51,883 bases of DNA. Origin: Candidatus Fimenecus sp. Its GTDB lineage: Bacteria; Bacillota; Clostridia; Oscillospirales; Acutalibacteraceae. Positions 15,419 through 24,115 of the stretch are shown here, piece after piece. Location of the stretch: contig JAZKXL010000075.1 in the NCBI GenBank assembly GCA_045611635.1, positions 1 through 51,883 on the forward strand. Reading direction: 5' to 3'. The number at the start of each line of letters is the position of its first letter. Within the stretch, counting starts at the first letter, position 1. A program made the position numbers and the translations under genes. The notes under the pieces are model-generated. The model was given only the letters and a program-made list of their open reading frames with translations. It was not told where the DNA came from and ran no database searches.

Positions 15419-16759
15419 ATGAAAGAAGAAAATAGAAAGTATGCCGAACTTGCCTATGATTTAGTCAAAGACGCTGAAGGTTTTGGCTCTCGTCTTCCAG
15501 GTTCAGAGGGAGAAAGAAAATATGCGGATTTTATGGGAGCAAAGCTTGAAGAAATTGGCATTAAGGCAAAAAAAGAAGAATTTGCTGTTTCACCACGTTC
15601 AGGTATTGGTGGACTCCCATATGCAGGTTGGGTTGGTATTATTTTAAGTGCTCTTACATATTTTGCTCTTGATAATTATCACATTTGGTTTGCTATGGCA
15701 CTTATCGGTATTTCAATGGTAGTTTGGCTTATCACAAGTTGTTTCCTTTACAAACCTTGGTTTGATATGTTCTTTAAACAAAAAATCTCACAAAATGTTT
15801 ATGGTGAATTAGTACCGGAAGATGGTAAATATGACTACACCATCATTCTTTCAGGTCATACTGACACAAGTTGGAACTGGAAACATTCAGAAAATGCTTC
15901 TAAATACCCTGAAAAGCCAATTTATGGTCTTATTACAACTTATGGTAAAGTTGGATTTGGCGCTGTATGTGTATTCCTTATGGTTGGAATTTCAGTTGCT
16001 ATGGCAGCAATTTATACAGCATCTTTCTTTGGTATTGATTGGGCAGTTGCAAGACGCAATGGTGAGTCATTGTCATTCAACATATTCATCTTAATTATGC
16101 ATTTCTTACCACTCATTACCGCAATTGGTAGCGCTTTTGTTGCTATGTGGAATGATAACGATGAAGAAACTGCATCAAAAGGTGCTATGGACAATGCAAC
16201 CGGCTGTGCACTCAGCTATGCGGTTATCAAATACTTTAAAGAAAATCCTGAAAAAATGCCTAAGAACTGTCGTATTGTTGATTTCAACTGTGGCTCTGAA
16301 GAAGCAGGTCTTCGTGGCTCAATGGCTTTTGTTCATAAACATAGAAATGATGACTTAACACAAAACGCTTGGAACATCAATATCGACTCAGTTGCTGATA
16401 AGGAATACTTTGAAGTTGTTATTAAAGACGATTGGCAAGGTTGTAGATTTGACACAGACCTTGAAAAGATGTTTAAAGATACATTTAACGAAATGGGTAT
16501 TGAAAGCAAAACAAACGGTTGTATTCATAATCCTGTTGGCGGTTGTGACAGTACTCCAATGACTCGTGGCGGTATTAAATCAGTTACATTTGCAGCTCAA
16601 AATCCAATGCTTACATGGTATTATCACACATTCCACGACAAAGCAGAACGTTTTGAAATGGAAACAGTTGGTCAAGGATTTGATGTTGTTCTTAGTGTTA
16701 TTGATAAAATTGCCAAATTCCAAGAAGAAAACGGATTTAATGGTCCACAAAAGAAATAA
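15419..16759 (+). CDS. M28-family zinc aminopeptidase with integral membrane segments
   Basis: 446 aa. Metal-ligand motifs SGHTDT, CGSEEAGLRGS and YHTFHDK. About four hydrophobic helices lie between residues ~65 and ~250. GGAGG ribosome-binding site. Confidence 0.78.
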   Translation: MKEENRKYAELAYDLVKDAEGFGSRLPGSEGERKYADFMGAKLEEIGIKAKKEEFAVSPRSGIGGLPYAGWVGIILSALTYFALDNYHIWFAMALIGISMVVWLITSCFLYKPWFDMFFKQKISQNVYGELVPEDGKYDYTIILSGHTDTSWNWKHSENASKYPEKPIYGLITTYGKVGFGAVCVFLMVGISVAMAAIYTASFFGIDWAVARRNGESLSFNIFILIMHFLPLITAIGSAFVAMWNDNDEETASKGAMDNATGCALSYAVIKYFKENPEKMPKNCRIVDFNCGSEEAGLRGSMAFVHKHRNDDLTQNAWNINIDSVADKEYFEVVIKDDWQGCRFDTDLEKMFKDTFNEMGIESKTNGCIHNPVGGCDSTPMTRGGIKSVTFAAQNPMLTWYYHTFHDKAERFEMETVGQGFDVVLSVIDKIAKFQEENGFNGPQKK

Positions 16760-16765
16760 TTATCA

Positions 16766-16799
16766 AACTGCACAACTTCGGTTGTGCAGTTCTTCTTTT
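16766..16799 (+). terminator. Rho-independent terminator after the M28 peptidase gene
   Basis: AACTGCACAAC-TTCG-GTTGTGCAGTT followed by CTTCTTTT. Confidence 0.75.
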
Positions 16800-16861
16800 A
16801 ATTGACACTTAACCATCTTTATGGTAAATTTATTACATAAAATATTTTTTATGGTGATTAA

Positions 16862-18430
16862 ATGAAGCGCATTTTAAAATTAATCTCTCCCCTGCTTATT
16901 ATTGCAATTTTATTAACATCATGTTCTTTAAACAATAGTGATAATTCGCTTGAACAAATTAAAACACATATTGCTAAAAATGAGTTTAACACTTGTTTCC
17001 AATTGGTAAAAAGACTTACAAACGAAGAAAAATCTACAATAAATAATGAAGTTTGCAATACTGTAATAAATAAATTTATTGATTTACGCTCCAAAACAAA
17101 AATTGATGAAACAAATATTTTTGATTTATCTTTAATAAATACTGAATTTGCTGAAAATTGTCAAAAACTATGGAACATTATTAGTGAGTTTTCATTTGAT
17201 GAAAATTATGAAATGTACCATGAATGTATTAATCTTCGTTACTATTCTGAGATGATTGACTACACTCGCTATTGCGATATTTATTTACTTGCTAAAAAAG
17301 TAAATAGCATTGGCTATCTTGATGATTTAAGCGCCGCACTATATGAATATGACAACAATGGCAATAATGCAAACCTTAAGTTAATTTTTGATGATATCAA
17401 AAATATTAATTTAAGCAGTTTTGACCCACAACAATATCTTGTTTCAGATTATAGAGACGCTCACGATAAAATCGTTAAGGCAATTGATGAACTTGCCGAT
17501 GGATTCACTACAAATGATTCTACAACAGTAGCAACTGCAATAAAAACGTTGCGAGACGCTTTATCTGATATTCTTTATATAACCGACACATTGTTTGCTG
17601 TAAATACAATGCAAAAAAACATTTATAACAAAATCTCGAATGATAACATTTTTGCACCTTTTGATAGTGAAATAAACGTTACACAACGTGATTACGTAAT
17701 GGGAATGAGCTTTGAATTAGGTTCAATTTTTGGTGGGGTTGAAAATAAAGTAGATGATAACACTATTGAATCAACAACTACACCTAACAATGACCAAATT
17801 TCATTAGAAGACACAATTAAAATTGCAACTAACGCTATAAATAAAACAAAATCATTCACCGGTGATGTTAATATTACTCTTACTCAAACAAGAAACATTA
17901 AATTAACTGACTTCGAAACTGATTCTCAACTTTTAGATGCTGAGAACATGATTAAATCAAAACTTAATCAAGTTATTAATCAATCAAATGGTACTGGTCA
18001 AAAAACAACAATGTTTTCAAATGGGAGAAACGGAAATCAGTCACTTAATTCATATGTTCCACCATCAAATAAAAACGCAACACTAAATGTAGATGCTGTT
18101 TGTGAATATACATGTGTTAAAGGTAGTGGTGGTTACATAATTTCATTTGTGTTAAATCCTGAACTAGTAGAGTCAAAAGATAAACCAAGTAACATTGGCT
18201 CAATTGTTAACACGTTTGAGTTCGACAACAGTAATGAAGTAAAAAAATTTAACACATCATATTCTAAAACAAACATATCATTAATTATCGATAATAGCGG
18301 TAGACTTATTGAAATGGAATACACTATCGATGGTATTAGCAACTGTGAATTTGAAGAAAATAACGGTAAAAACGAATATAAAGCACAATTTACATTTAAA
18401 AACAGTTATAAATATGAGTTCAAATACTAA
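16862..18430 (+). CDS. Lipoprotein of unknown function (Asn/Asp/Thr-rich)
   Basis: 522 aa. Signal peptide with lipobox LLTSC. No catalytic or family motif that I recognise. Confidence 0.6.
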   Translation: MKRILKLISPLLIIAILLTSCSLNNSDNSLEQIKTHIAKNEFNTCFQLVKRLTNEEKSTINNEVCNTVINKFIDLRSKTKIDETNIFDLSLINTEFAENCQKLWNIISEFSFDENYEMYHECINLRYYSEMIDYTRYCDIYLLAKKVNSIGYLDDLSAALYEYDNNGNNANLKLIFDDIKNINLSSFDPQQYLVSDYRDAHDKIVKAIDELADGFTTNDSTTVATAIKTLRDALSDILYITDTLFAVNTMQKNIYNKISNDNIFAPFDSEINVTQRDYVMGMSFELGSIFGGVENKVDDNTIESTTTPNNDQISLEDTIKIATNAINKTKSFTGDVNITLTQTRNIKLTDFETDSQLLDAENMIKSKLNQVINQSNGTGQKTTMFSNGRNGNQSLNSYVPPSNKNATLNVDAVCEYTCVKGSGGYIISFVLNPELVESKDKPSNIGSIVNTFEFDNSNEVKKFNTSYSKTNISLIIDNSGRLIEMEYTIDGISNCEFEENNGKNEYKAQFTFKNSYKYEFKY

Positions 18431-18468
18431 TAAATGTTTAATAATTGTTAATTTTTGTCTTAAATATG

Positions 18469-18497
18469 TTGACTTATATAACATTTGGGTGTATCAT
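18469..18497 (+). promoter_or_regulatory. Candidate sigma-A promoter for livJ
   Basis: TTGACT (18469-18474), 17 nt, TATCAT (18492-18497). The ~65-nt leader contains a hairpin at 18524-18545. Confidence 0.5.
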
Positions 18498-18568
18498 AAT
18501 TTACATATTTTTTATAATATAATGCGGATTTGACATAAATTCCGCAAAAATCAAGGAGGAAAATTCTT

Positions 18569-19729
18569 ATGAAAAACTTAAAAAAAGTTCTTGCCGTAGT
18601 TATGGCAGTTGCTCTTATTGCAACTTGTTTCGCAGCTTGCGGTAAAGAAAAAGCAAATGAAATTGTTATTGGTGTTAGCGGACCTCTCTCAGGTGGTGCA
18701 GCTCAATACGGTGAAGCTGTTGTAAATGCAGCTCAACTTGCTGTTGATGAAATCAACGCAGCTGGTGGCATTAATGGAACAAAACTTAAGCTTGTTAAAG
18801 CTGACGACGAAGCTGACTCAGGTGACAAAGCTGTTAATGCTTATAACAATCTTAAAGACCAAGGTATGCAAATTTTCCTTGGCACAGTTACATCAGGTTC
18901 ATGTCTTGCTGTTATTGAAAAGACAAAGGAAGACAACATGTTCCAGCTTACACCTTCAGCATCAGCTGATGATGTAATTAAAAATGACAACTGTTTCCAA
19001 ATTTGTTTTACAGACTCAAACCAAGGTAAAGGTTCAGCTCAATATATAGTTGAAAATGACGTTGCAAAGAAAGTTGCAGTTATTTATGACTCATCAGATG
19101 CTTATTCAACAGGTATCTACAACACATTCAAAGCTGAAGCAGCTGCAAGAGGTCTTGACATTGTTGCAGAACAAGCTTTCCAAAAAGGCAACACTGACTT
19201 CTCTTCTCAAGTTCAAGCATGTAAATCAGCAGGTGCAGAACTTGTTTTCCTTCCAATTTACTACACAGAAGCATCTCTTATTCTTAAAGCTGCTCAAGCA
19301 GCTAACTATGCTCCAAAATTCTTTGGTTGTGACGGTCTTGACGGACTTCTTGCAATTGAAGGATTTGACAAGAAACTTGCTGAAGGCGTAATGCTTCTTA
19401 CACCATTTGCAGCGGATGCTGAAGATGAAGCTACAAAGAAATTTGTTTCTGCTTATCAAGAAAAATATAATGAAACTCCAAACCAATTTGCTGCTGACGC
19501 TTACGATGGAATCTATATCATTGCTGAACTCATTAAGAGCGAAGGCATTACAGCTGATATGACTGCATCAGAAATTTGCGACAAACTTAAGGCAGCTATC
19601 TCATCTGACAGCTTCAAATATATGGGTATCACAGGCGCTGGTGCTGCTCTCACATGGGACAAATCAGGTGCTGTTTCAAAGAAACCTATGGCTGTTGTAA
19701 TTAAGGATGGCGCTTACGCAGCTCTTTAA
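18569..19729 (+). CDS. livJ: Branched-chain amino-acid ABC transporter substrate-binding lipoprotein
   Basis: 386 aa. Lipobox FAACG. Type-1 periplasmic-binding fold pattern (IGVSGPLSGGAAQYG). Followed by livHMGF. Confidence 0.88.
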   Translation: MKNLKKVLAVVMAVALIATCFAACGKEKANEIVIGVSGPLSGGAAQYGEAVVNAAQLAVDEINAAGGINGTKLKLVKADDEADSGDKAVNAYNNLKDQGMQIFLGTVTSGSCLAVIEKTKEDNMFQLTPSASADDVIKNDNCFQICFTDSNQGKGSAQYIVENDVAKKVAVIYDSSDAYSTGIYNTFKAEAAARGLDIVAEQAFQKGNTDFSSQVQACKSAGAELVFLPIYYTEASLILKAAQAANYAPKFFGCDGLDGLLAIEGFDKKLAEGVMLLTPFAADAEDEATKKFVSAYQEKYNETPNQFAADAYDGIYIIAELIKSEGITADMTASEICDKLKAAISSDSFKYMGITGAGAALTWDKSGAVSKKPMAVVIKDGAYAAL

Positions 19730-19748
19730 TCACTAAAAGAATAAAAAA

Positions 19749-19783
19749 ACCGGTAGCAATTAAATGCTGCCGGTATTTTTTTA
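19749..19783 (+). terminator. Terminator/attenuating hairpin after livJ
   Basis: ACCGGTAGCA (19749-19758) pairs with TGCTGCCGGT (19765-19774, one G-U pair), followed by ATTTTTTT. Confidence 0.7.
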
Positions 19784-19793
19784 TTTTTTTATA

Positions 19794-19823
19794 TTGCTTT
19801 TTAATAGGTAATTATGTTATAAT
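19794..19823 (+). promoter_or_regulatory. Candidate internal promoter for livHMGF
   Basis: TTGCTT (19794-19799), 18 nt, TATAAT (19818-19823), with a TGT extended -10 at 19815-19817. Confidence 0.45.
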
Positions 19824-19882
19824 CTATCGAATTTATCTATTATGGTGTTTATACCATATAGAATGGAAGGAATGTATACATA

Positions 19883-20764
19883 ATGGAGTTTTTGAACTAC
19901 CTTATTAGCGGTGTGAGTCTTGGCAGCATTTATGCTGTTATTGCCCTTGGCTATACTATGGTTTATGGTATTGCAAAAATGCTTAATTTTGCACACGGCG
20001 ATGTTATCATGATTGGTGGATACGTAGTTTATATTGCTGCTATGAAATCAGGGCTTAACCCTCTTTTATCTGTTGTTATTGCTATGGTTGCTTGTACAAT
20101 TCTAGGCATTACTATTGAAAAAATTGCATATAAGCCACTTCGTCAATCAACATCATTAGCGGTACTTATTACTGCAATTGGCGTTAGCTATTTCTTACAA
20201 AATATAATTCTTGTAATTTTTGGTGCAAATCCAATTAACTTTAAGTCAGTTGTAAATGTACCAGCAATTAATTTATTTGATGGCAAAATCGTTATTTCTG
20301 GCGAAACATCAACAACAATTGTTGTATCGCTCATAATTGTTGTTGCACTTTCATTGTTTATTAAGAAAACAAAAAGTGGTAAAGCAATGCTTGCTGTTTC
20401 TGAAGATAAAGGTGCAGCGCAACTTATGGGTATCAATGTAAATAGAACCATTTCTCTTACCTTTGCTATTGGCTCTGCGTTGGCTGCGATTGCAGGTGCA
20501 TTACTTTGCTCATCATACCCTATTCTTTCACCAACAACAGGTGCTATGCCTGGTATTAAAGCGTTTACTGCTGCGGTATTTGGCGGTATTGGTTCAATTC
20601 CTGGTGCAATGATTGGTGGAATTCTTATTGGCATTATTGAAATTTTAAGTAGAGCATATATTTCATCTCAACTTGCCGATGCTATTGTTTTTGGTGTACT
20701 TATACTTATTCTTATGTTCAAGCCAACTGGTATCCTTGGCAAGAAAATAAGTGAAAAAGTTTAA
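19883..20764 (+). CDS. livH: Branched-chain amino-acid ABC transporter permease
   Basis: 293 aa polytopic protein with the typical LivH N-terminus (LISGVSLGSIYAVIALGYTMVYG). Confidence 0.9.
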   Translation: MEFLNYLISGVSLGSIYAVIALGYTMVYGIAKMLNFAHGDVIMIGGYVVYIAAMKSGLNPLLSVVIAMVACTILGITIEKIAYKPLRQSTSLAVLITAIGVSYFLQNIILVIFGANPINFKSVVNVPAINLFDGKIVISGETSTTIVVSLIIVVALSLFIKKTKSGKAMLAVSEDKGAAQLMGINVNRTISLTFAIGSALAAIAGALLCSSYPILSPTTGAMPGIKAFTAAVFGGIGSIPGAMIGGILIGIIEILSRAYISSQLADAIVFGVLILILMFKPTGILGKKISEKV

Positions 20765-20787
20765 TTTGTGAAGGGAGAACATTACTT

Positions 20788-21849
20788 ATGAAGAAAAATT
20801 CTAAGTTGATTAAATCCAACACAAAACAGAGTTTAATCACATATATCATTTTAATTGCTGCATTTGTTGTTGTGAATATTTTAATTGCAACAAATAGTAT
20901 GACATATATGATGAGAGACTTACTTGTCCCTCTTTGCATATATGCAATTTTAGCGGTGTCACTTAACCTTACTGTTGGTATTCTTGGTGAGTTAAGTCTT
21001 GGTCAAGCTGGTTTTATGTGTGTTGGTGCATATTCAAGTTCACTTTTTTCAAACCTTATGATAGAAGCATTACCTGAACCTGCAATGAGATACCCTATCG
21101 CTCTCATTCTTGGTGGTGTTTGTGCTGCTGTTTTTGGAATTCTAATTGGTATTCCAGTTTTAAGACTTCGTGGTGACTACCTTGCAATTGTTACACTTGC
21201 TTTTGGTGAAATTATCAAAAACATTTGTGCTTCAATTTATTTAGGAAGAGATGCAAACGGTTTCCATATAACACTTAAGACTGCAAGTGATTTAAATATG
21301 GCTGCTGATGGTCAAATGTATATTAACGGCGCACTTGGTATCAACGGTACGCCAAAAGATTCTAATTTTACTATAGCTTTCATTATTTTATTCTTAACAG
21401 TAATTGTTGCTTACAACTTTGTAAACTCACGCACAGGTCGTGCAGTTATGTCAATTCGTGATAATAGAATTGCAGCAGAATCTGTTGGTATCAACATTAC
21501 AAAATACAAACTTATCACATTTGCAATAACTGCATTTATTGCAGGTATCGCAGGTGCTGTTTACTCACATAACTTCTCAACACTTCAAGCTTCAAAATTT
21601 GACTACAATATGTCAATTCTTATTCTTGTATTTGTTGTTCTTGGTGGTATCGGTTCAATTCGTGGTAGTGTAATTGCTGCTATTGTACTAACACTTATTC
21701 CTGAACTTTTAAGAGAAACAATCGGTAATTATCGTATGTTGTTCTATGCAGTAATTCTTATTGTTATGATGATTTTCACATCAAACGAAACCCTTAAAGG
21801 CAAGATTAAAGCGTTGTTTGCAAAAGAAAAGAAAGGAGCGGTTCAATAA
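20788..21849 (+). CDS. livM: Branched-chain amino-acid ABC transporter permease
   Basis: 353 aa polytopic protein with LivM-like LNLTVGILGELSLGQAGFMCVGAY. The stop overlaps the livG start (TAATG). Confidence 0.9.
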   Translation: MKKNSKLIKSNTKQSLITYIILIAAFVVVNILIATNSMTYMMRDLLVPLCIYAILAVSLNLTVGILGELSLGQAGFMCVGAYSSSLFSNLMIEALPEPAMRYPIALILGGVCAAVFGILIGIPVLRLRGDYLAIVTLAFGEIIKNICASIYLGRDANGFHITLKTASDLNMAADGQMYINGALGINGTPKDSNFTIAFIILFLTVIVAYNFVNSRTGRAVMSIRDNRIAAESVGINITKYKLITFAITAFIAGIAGAVYSHNFSTLQASKFDYNMSILILVFVVLGGIGSIRGSVIAAIVLTLIPELLRETIGNYRMLFYAVILIVMMIFTSNETLKGKIKALFAKEKKGAVQ

Positions 21850-22607
21850 TGGCATTACTTGAAGTTAAAAACCTTTCAATTTCTTTCGGCGGTCTTCATG
21901 CAGTCGATGGCTTCAACCTTAAGCTTGAAAAAGGTATGCTATACGGTCTTATTGGACCAAACGGTGCAGGTAAAACTACAGTTTTCAACCTCTTAACAGG
22001 TGTTTATAAGCCAACTGCAGGCGCAATTTCATTGGATGGTAAGAAATTAAACGGCAAATCCCCTGTTGAAATCAACAAAATGGGTGTTGCAAGAACATTC
22101 CAAAATATTCGACTTTTCAAAGAATTATCAGTACTTGATAATGTTAAAGTTGGTCTTCACAATCAAATGAAGTATTCAACTGTTGAAAGTATTTTTAGAC
22201 TCCCACGTTTCTTTAAAACAGAAAAGAAAATGAACGAAAAAGCAATGGAGCTTCTAAAAGTTTTTGGTCTTGAGAATGAAGCTTACACATTGGCAGATAA
22301 TCTACCATATGGTAAACAAAGAAAGCTTGAGATTGCACGTGCTCTTGCTACAAATCCAAAGCTTTTACTTCTTGATGAACCTGCAGCAGGTATGAATCCA
22401 AGTGAAACTCAAGAATTAATGGATACAATCCGTTTTGTTCGTGATAACTTTGACATGACTATCCTTCTTATTGAGCACGACATGAAGCTTGTAAGCGGTA
22501 TTTGTGAAGAAGTTTCAGTTCTTAACTTTGGTGAAGAACTTGCACAGGGTAAAACTAGTGAAGTTCTTAATAACCCAGAAGTTATTAAAGCATATTTAGG
22601 TGATTAA
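21849..22607 (+). CDS. livG: Branched-chain amino-acid ABC transporter ATP-binding protein
   Basis: 252 aa. Walker A GPNGAGKTT, signature-region sequence LPYGKQRKLEIARA, Walker B LLLLDEPAAGMN. Confidence 0.92.
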   Translation: MALLEVKNLSISFGGLHAVDGFNLKLEKGMLYGLIGPNGAGKTTVFNLLTGVYKPTAGAISLDGKKLNGKSPVEINKMGVARTFQNIRLFKELSVLDNVKVGLHNQMKYSTVESIFRLPRFFKTEKKMNEKAMELLKVFGLENEAYTLADNLPYGKQRKLEIARALATNPKLLLLDEPAAGMNPSETQELMDTIRFVRDNFDMTILLIEHDMKLVSGICEEVSVLNFGEELAQGKTSEVLNNPEVIKAYLGD

Positions 22608-22619
22608 GGAGGAATAACA

Positions 22620-23333
22620 ATGGCACCACTTTTACAAGTTGATAACATTGAAGTTTATTATGGCGTTATCAAGGCATTAAAAGGTATTTCTTTTGAAGTT
22701 AACAAAGGTGAAATTGTTGCTCTTATCGGCGCTAACGGTGCAGGTAAAACAACTATCCTCCACACAGTTACAGGCCTTTTAAAGCCAAAATCAGGTAAAA
22801 TTTTATATAATGGTAATGATATTACTAAAACTCCTGCTCATAAAATTGTTACAATGGGTATGGCCCATGTGCCTGAAGGTCGAAGAATTTTTTCTCAGCT
22901 TTCAGTTCTTGACAATATTAAGCTAGGTGCATTTACTCGTAAGGATAAAGAAGAAATTGAAGAAACTCTTAATTATGTTTATGAGCGTTTTCCACGTCTT
23001 AAAGAAAGAAAAAATCAAATTGCGGGTACTCTTTCAGGTGGTGAGCAACAAATGCTTGCTATGGGTAGAGCACTTATGTCAAAGCCAGACTTTGTTTTAA
23101 TGGATGAACCTTCAATGGGTCTTTCTCCCCTTCTTGTTTCTGAAATCTTTGACATTATTAAAGCAATTAATGACAATGGCACAACTGTTCTTCTTGTTGA
23201 ACAAAACGCTAAAAAGGCACTTTCTATTGCAAATAGAGCATATGTTCTTGAAACTGGTAGTATTGTTCTTTCAGGTGATGCAAAAGACCTTATGAACGAC
23301 GAATCAGTAAAAAAAGCATATCTTAGTGAATAA
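22620..23333 (+). CDS. livF: Branched-chain amino-acid ABC transporter ATP-binding protein
   Basis: 237 aa. Walker A GANGAGKTT, signature LSGGEQQMLAMGRA, Walker B VLMDEPSMGLSP. Confidence 0.92.
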   Translation: MAPLLQVDNIEVYYGVIKALKGISFEVNKGEIVALIGANGAGKTTILHTVTGLLKPKSGKILYNGNDITKTPAHKIVTMGMAHVPEGRRIFSQLSVLDNIKLGAFTRKDKEEIEETLNYVYERFPRLKERKNQIAGTLSGGEQQMLAMGRALMSKPDFVLMDEPSMGLSPLLVSEIFDIIKAINDNGTTVLLVEQNAKKALSIANRAYVLETGSIVLSGDAKDLMNDESVKKAYLSE

Positions 23334-23351
23334 TTTCCGGGAGGCATTATT

Positions 23352-23978
23352 ATGGATAAAAAAATCATTATTACAATTGCCCGTGGATACGGTAGTGGCG
23401 GTAAGACTGTAGGCCAAAAACTTGCTAAAGAGCTCAACATTCCATTTTATGACCGTCAAATTCTTTATATGGCTTCTGATGAAAGTGGAATCAATGTTGG
23501 CCTTTTTCAAAAAAATGATGAAGACGTTAACAAGGGATTATTTGACCCTTCAACTCACAAATACTTAGGCGGTATTATTCCACCAGAAGATAGTAAATTT
23601 ACATCAAAAGAAAATCTTTTTAATTATCAAGCAAAAATTATTAAACAACTTGCTGAAAAAGAATCATGCGTAATCGTTGGTCGCTGCGCTGACTTTATAT
23701 TGAAAGATTACGATAATGTAATTAAAGTATTCATTTGGGCGCCACATCAAGCATGTGTTGAAACTGTTATGGATATGTTTGATTTAAAAGAAAAAGATGC
23801 TGATAAGAAAATTCGCAAAATTGACAAGCATCGTAGTGAATTTTATCGCTATTACACATGTCGCGAATGGGATAACGCTCGCAACTACGACTTATGCCTT
23901 AATAGTGCGGATTTAGGTTTTGATGGTTGTGTAAAAGCAATTAAAGCATACATTGATGTTCTTAAAAGTGTAAAATAG
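23352..23978 (+). CDS. Cytidylate-kinase-like family protein (P-loop NTPase of unknown substrate)
   Basis: 208 aa. N-terminus ITIARGYGSGGKTVGQKLAKELNIPFYDRQIL is typical of the Cytidylate_kin2-type family. Confidence 0.7.
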   Translation: MDKKIIITIARGYGSGGKTVGQKLAKELNIPFYDRQILYMASDESGINVGLFQKNDEDVNKGLFDPSTHKYLGGIIPPEDSKFTSKENLFNYQAKIIKQLAEKESCVIVGRCADFILKDYDNVIKVFIWAPHQACVETVMDMFDLKEKDADKKIRKIDKHRSEFYRYYTCREWDNARNYDLCLNSADLGFDGCVKAIKAYIDVLKSVK

Positions 23979-23986
23979 TAATACTA

Positions 23987-24020
23987 AAGGGACTATAATA
24001 TTAATAGTCCCTTTTATTTT
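23987..24020 (+). terminator. Rho-independent terminator ending the liv/cytidylate-kinase-like transcription unit
   Basis: AAGGGACTAT (23987-23996) pairs with ATAGTCCCTT (24004-24013), followed by TTATTTT. Confidence 0.75.
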
Positions 24021-24080
24021 ACCTTAAAAGCGTTTTAATTTAATCAGCAATAAACTTTTATTATATTTTAATGAATAAGC

Positions 24081-24110
24081 AAAAAGCAGGCATAATGCCT
24101 GCTTTTATTT
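24081..24110 (-). terminator. Terminator after the FAD-oxidoreductase gene (flanked by A-run and T-run, potentially bidirectional)
   Basis: AGCAGGCA (24085-24092) pairs with TGCCTGCT (24096-24103), flanked by AAAAA and TTTT. Confidence 0.7.
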
Positions 24111-24115
24111 TATTA

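Noticed and set aside
18498-18568. Possible T-box, riboswitch or CodY site in the livJ leader, and similarly in the serC leader (39825-39887).
   Set aside because: The leaders are only about 60-70 nt, far shorter than T-box or known amino-acid riboswitches. The single hairpin (18524-18545) has no terminator/antiterminator alternative. I found no convincing AATTTTCWGAAAATT CodY box.
20188-20634. Long antisense ORFs inside well-supported genes. Examples: 20188-20634 (-) in livH, 23015-23440 (-) in livF, 27984-28388 and 28503-28931 (-) in UPF0210. Further examples: 37200-37583 (+) in lon, 40895-41461 and 41313-41795 (-) in serA, 49901-50302 (+) in clpX.
   Set aside because: Each lies fully within, and opposite to, a gene with strong family motifs. 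Their translations are low-complexity (Ala/Pro/Ser/Ile-rich or Cys/Asn-rich) with no motifs or ribosome-binding sites. This is the usual by-product of codon bias on the opposite strand.
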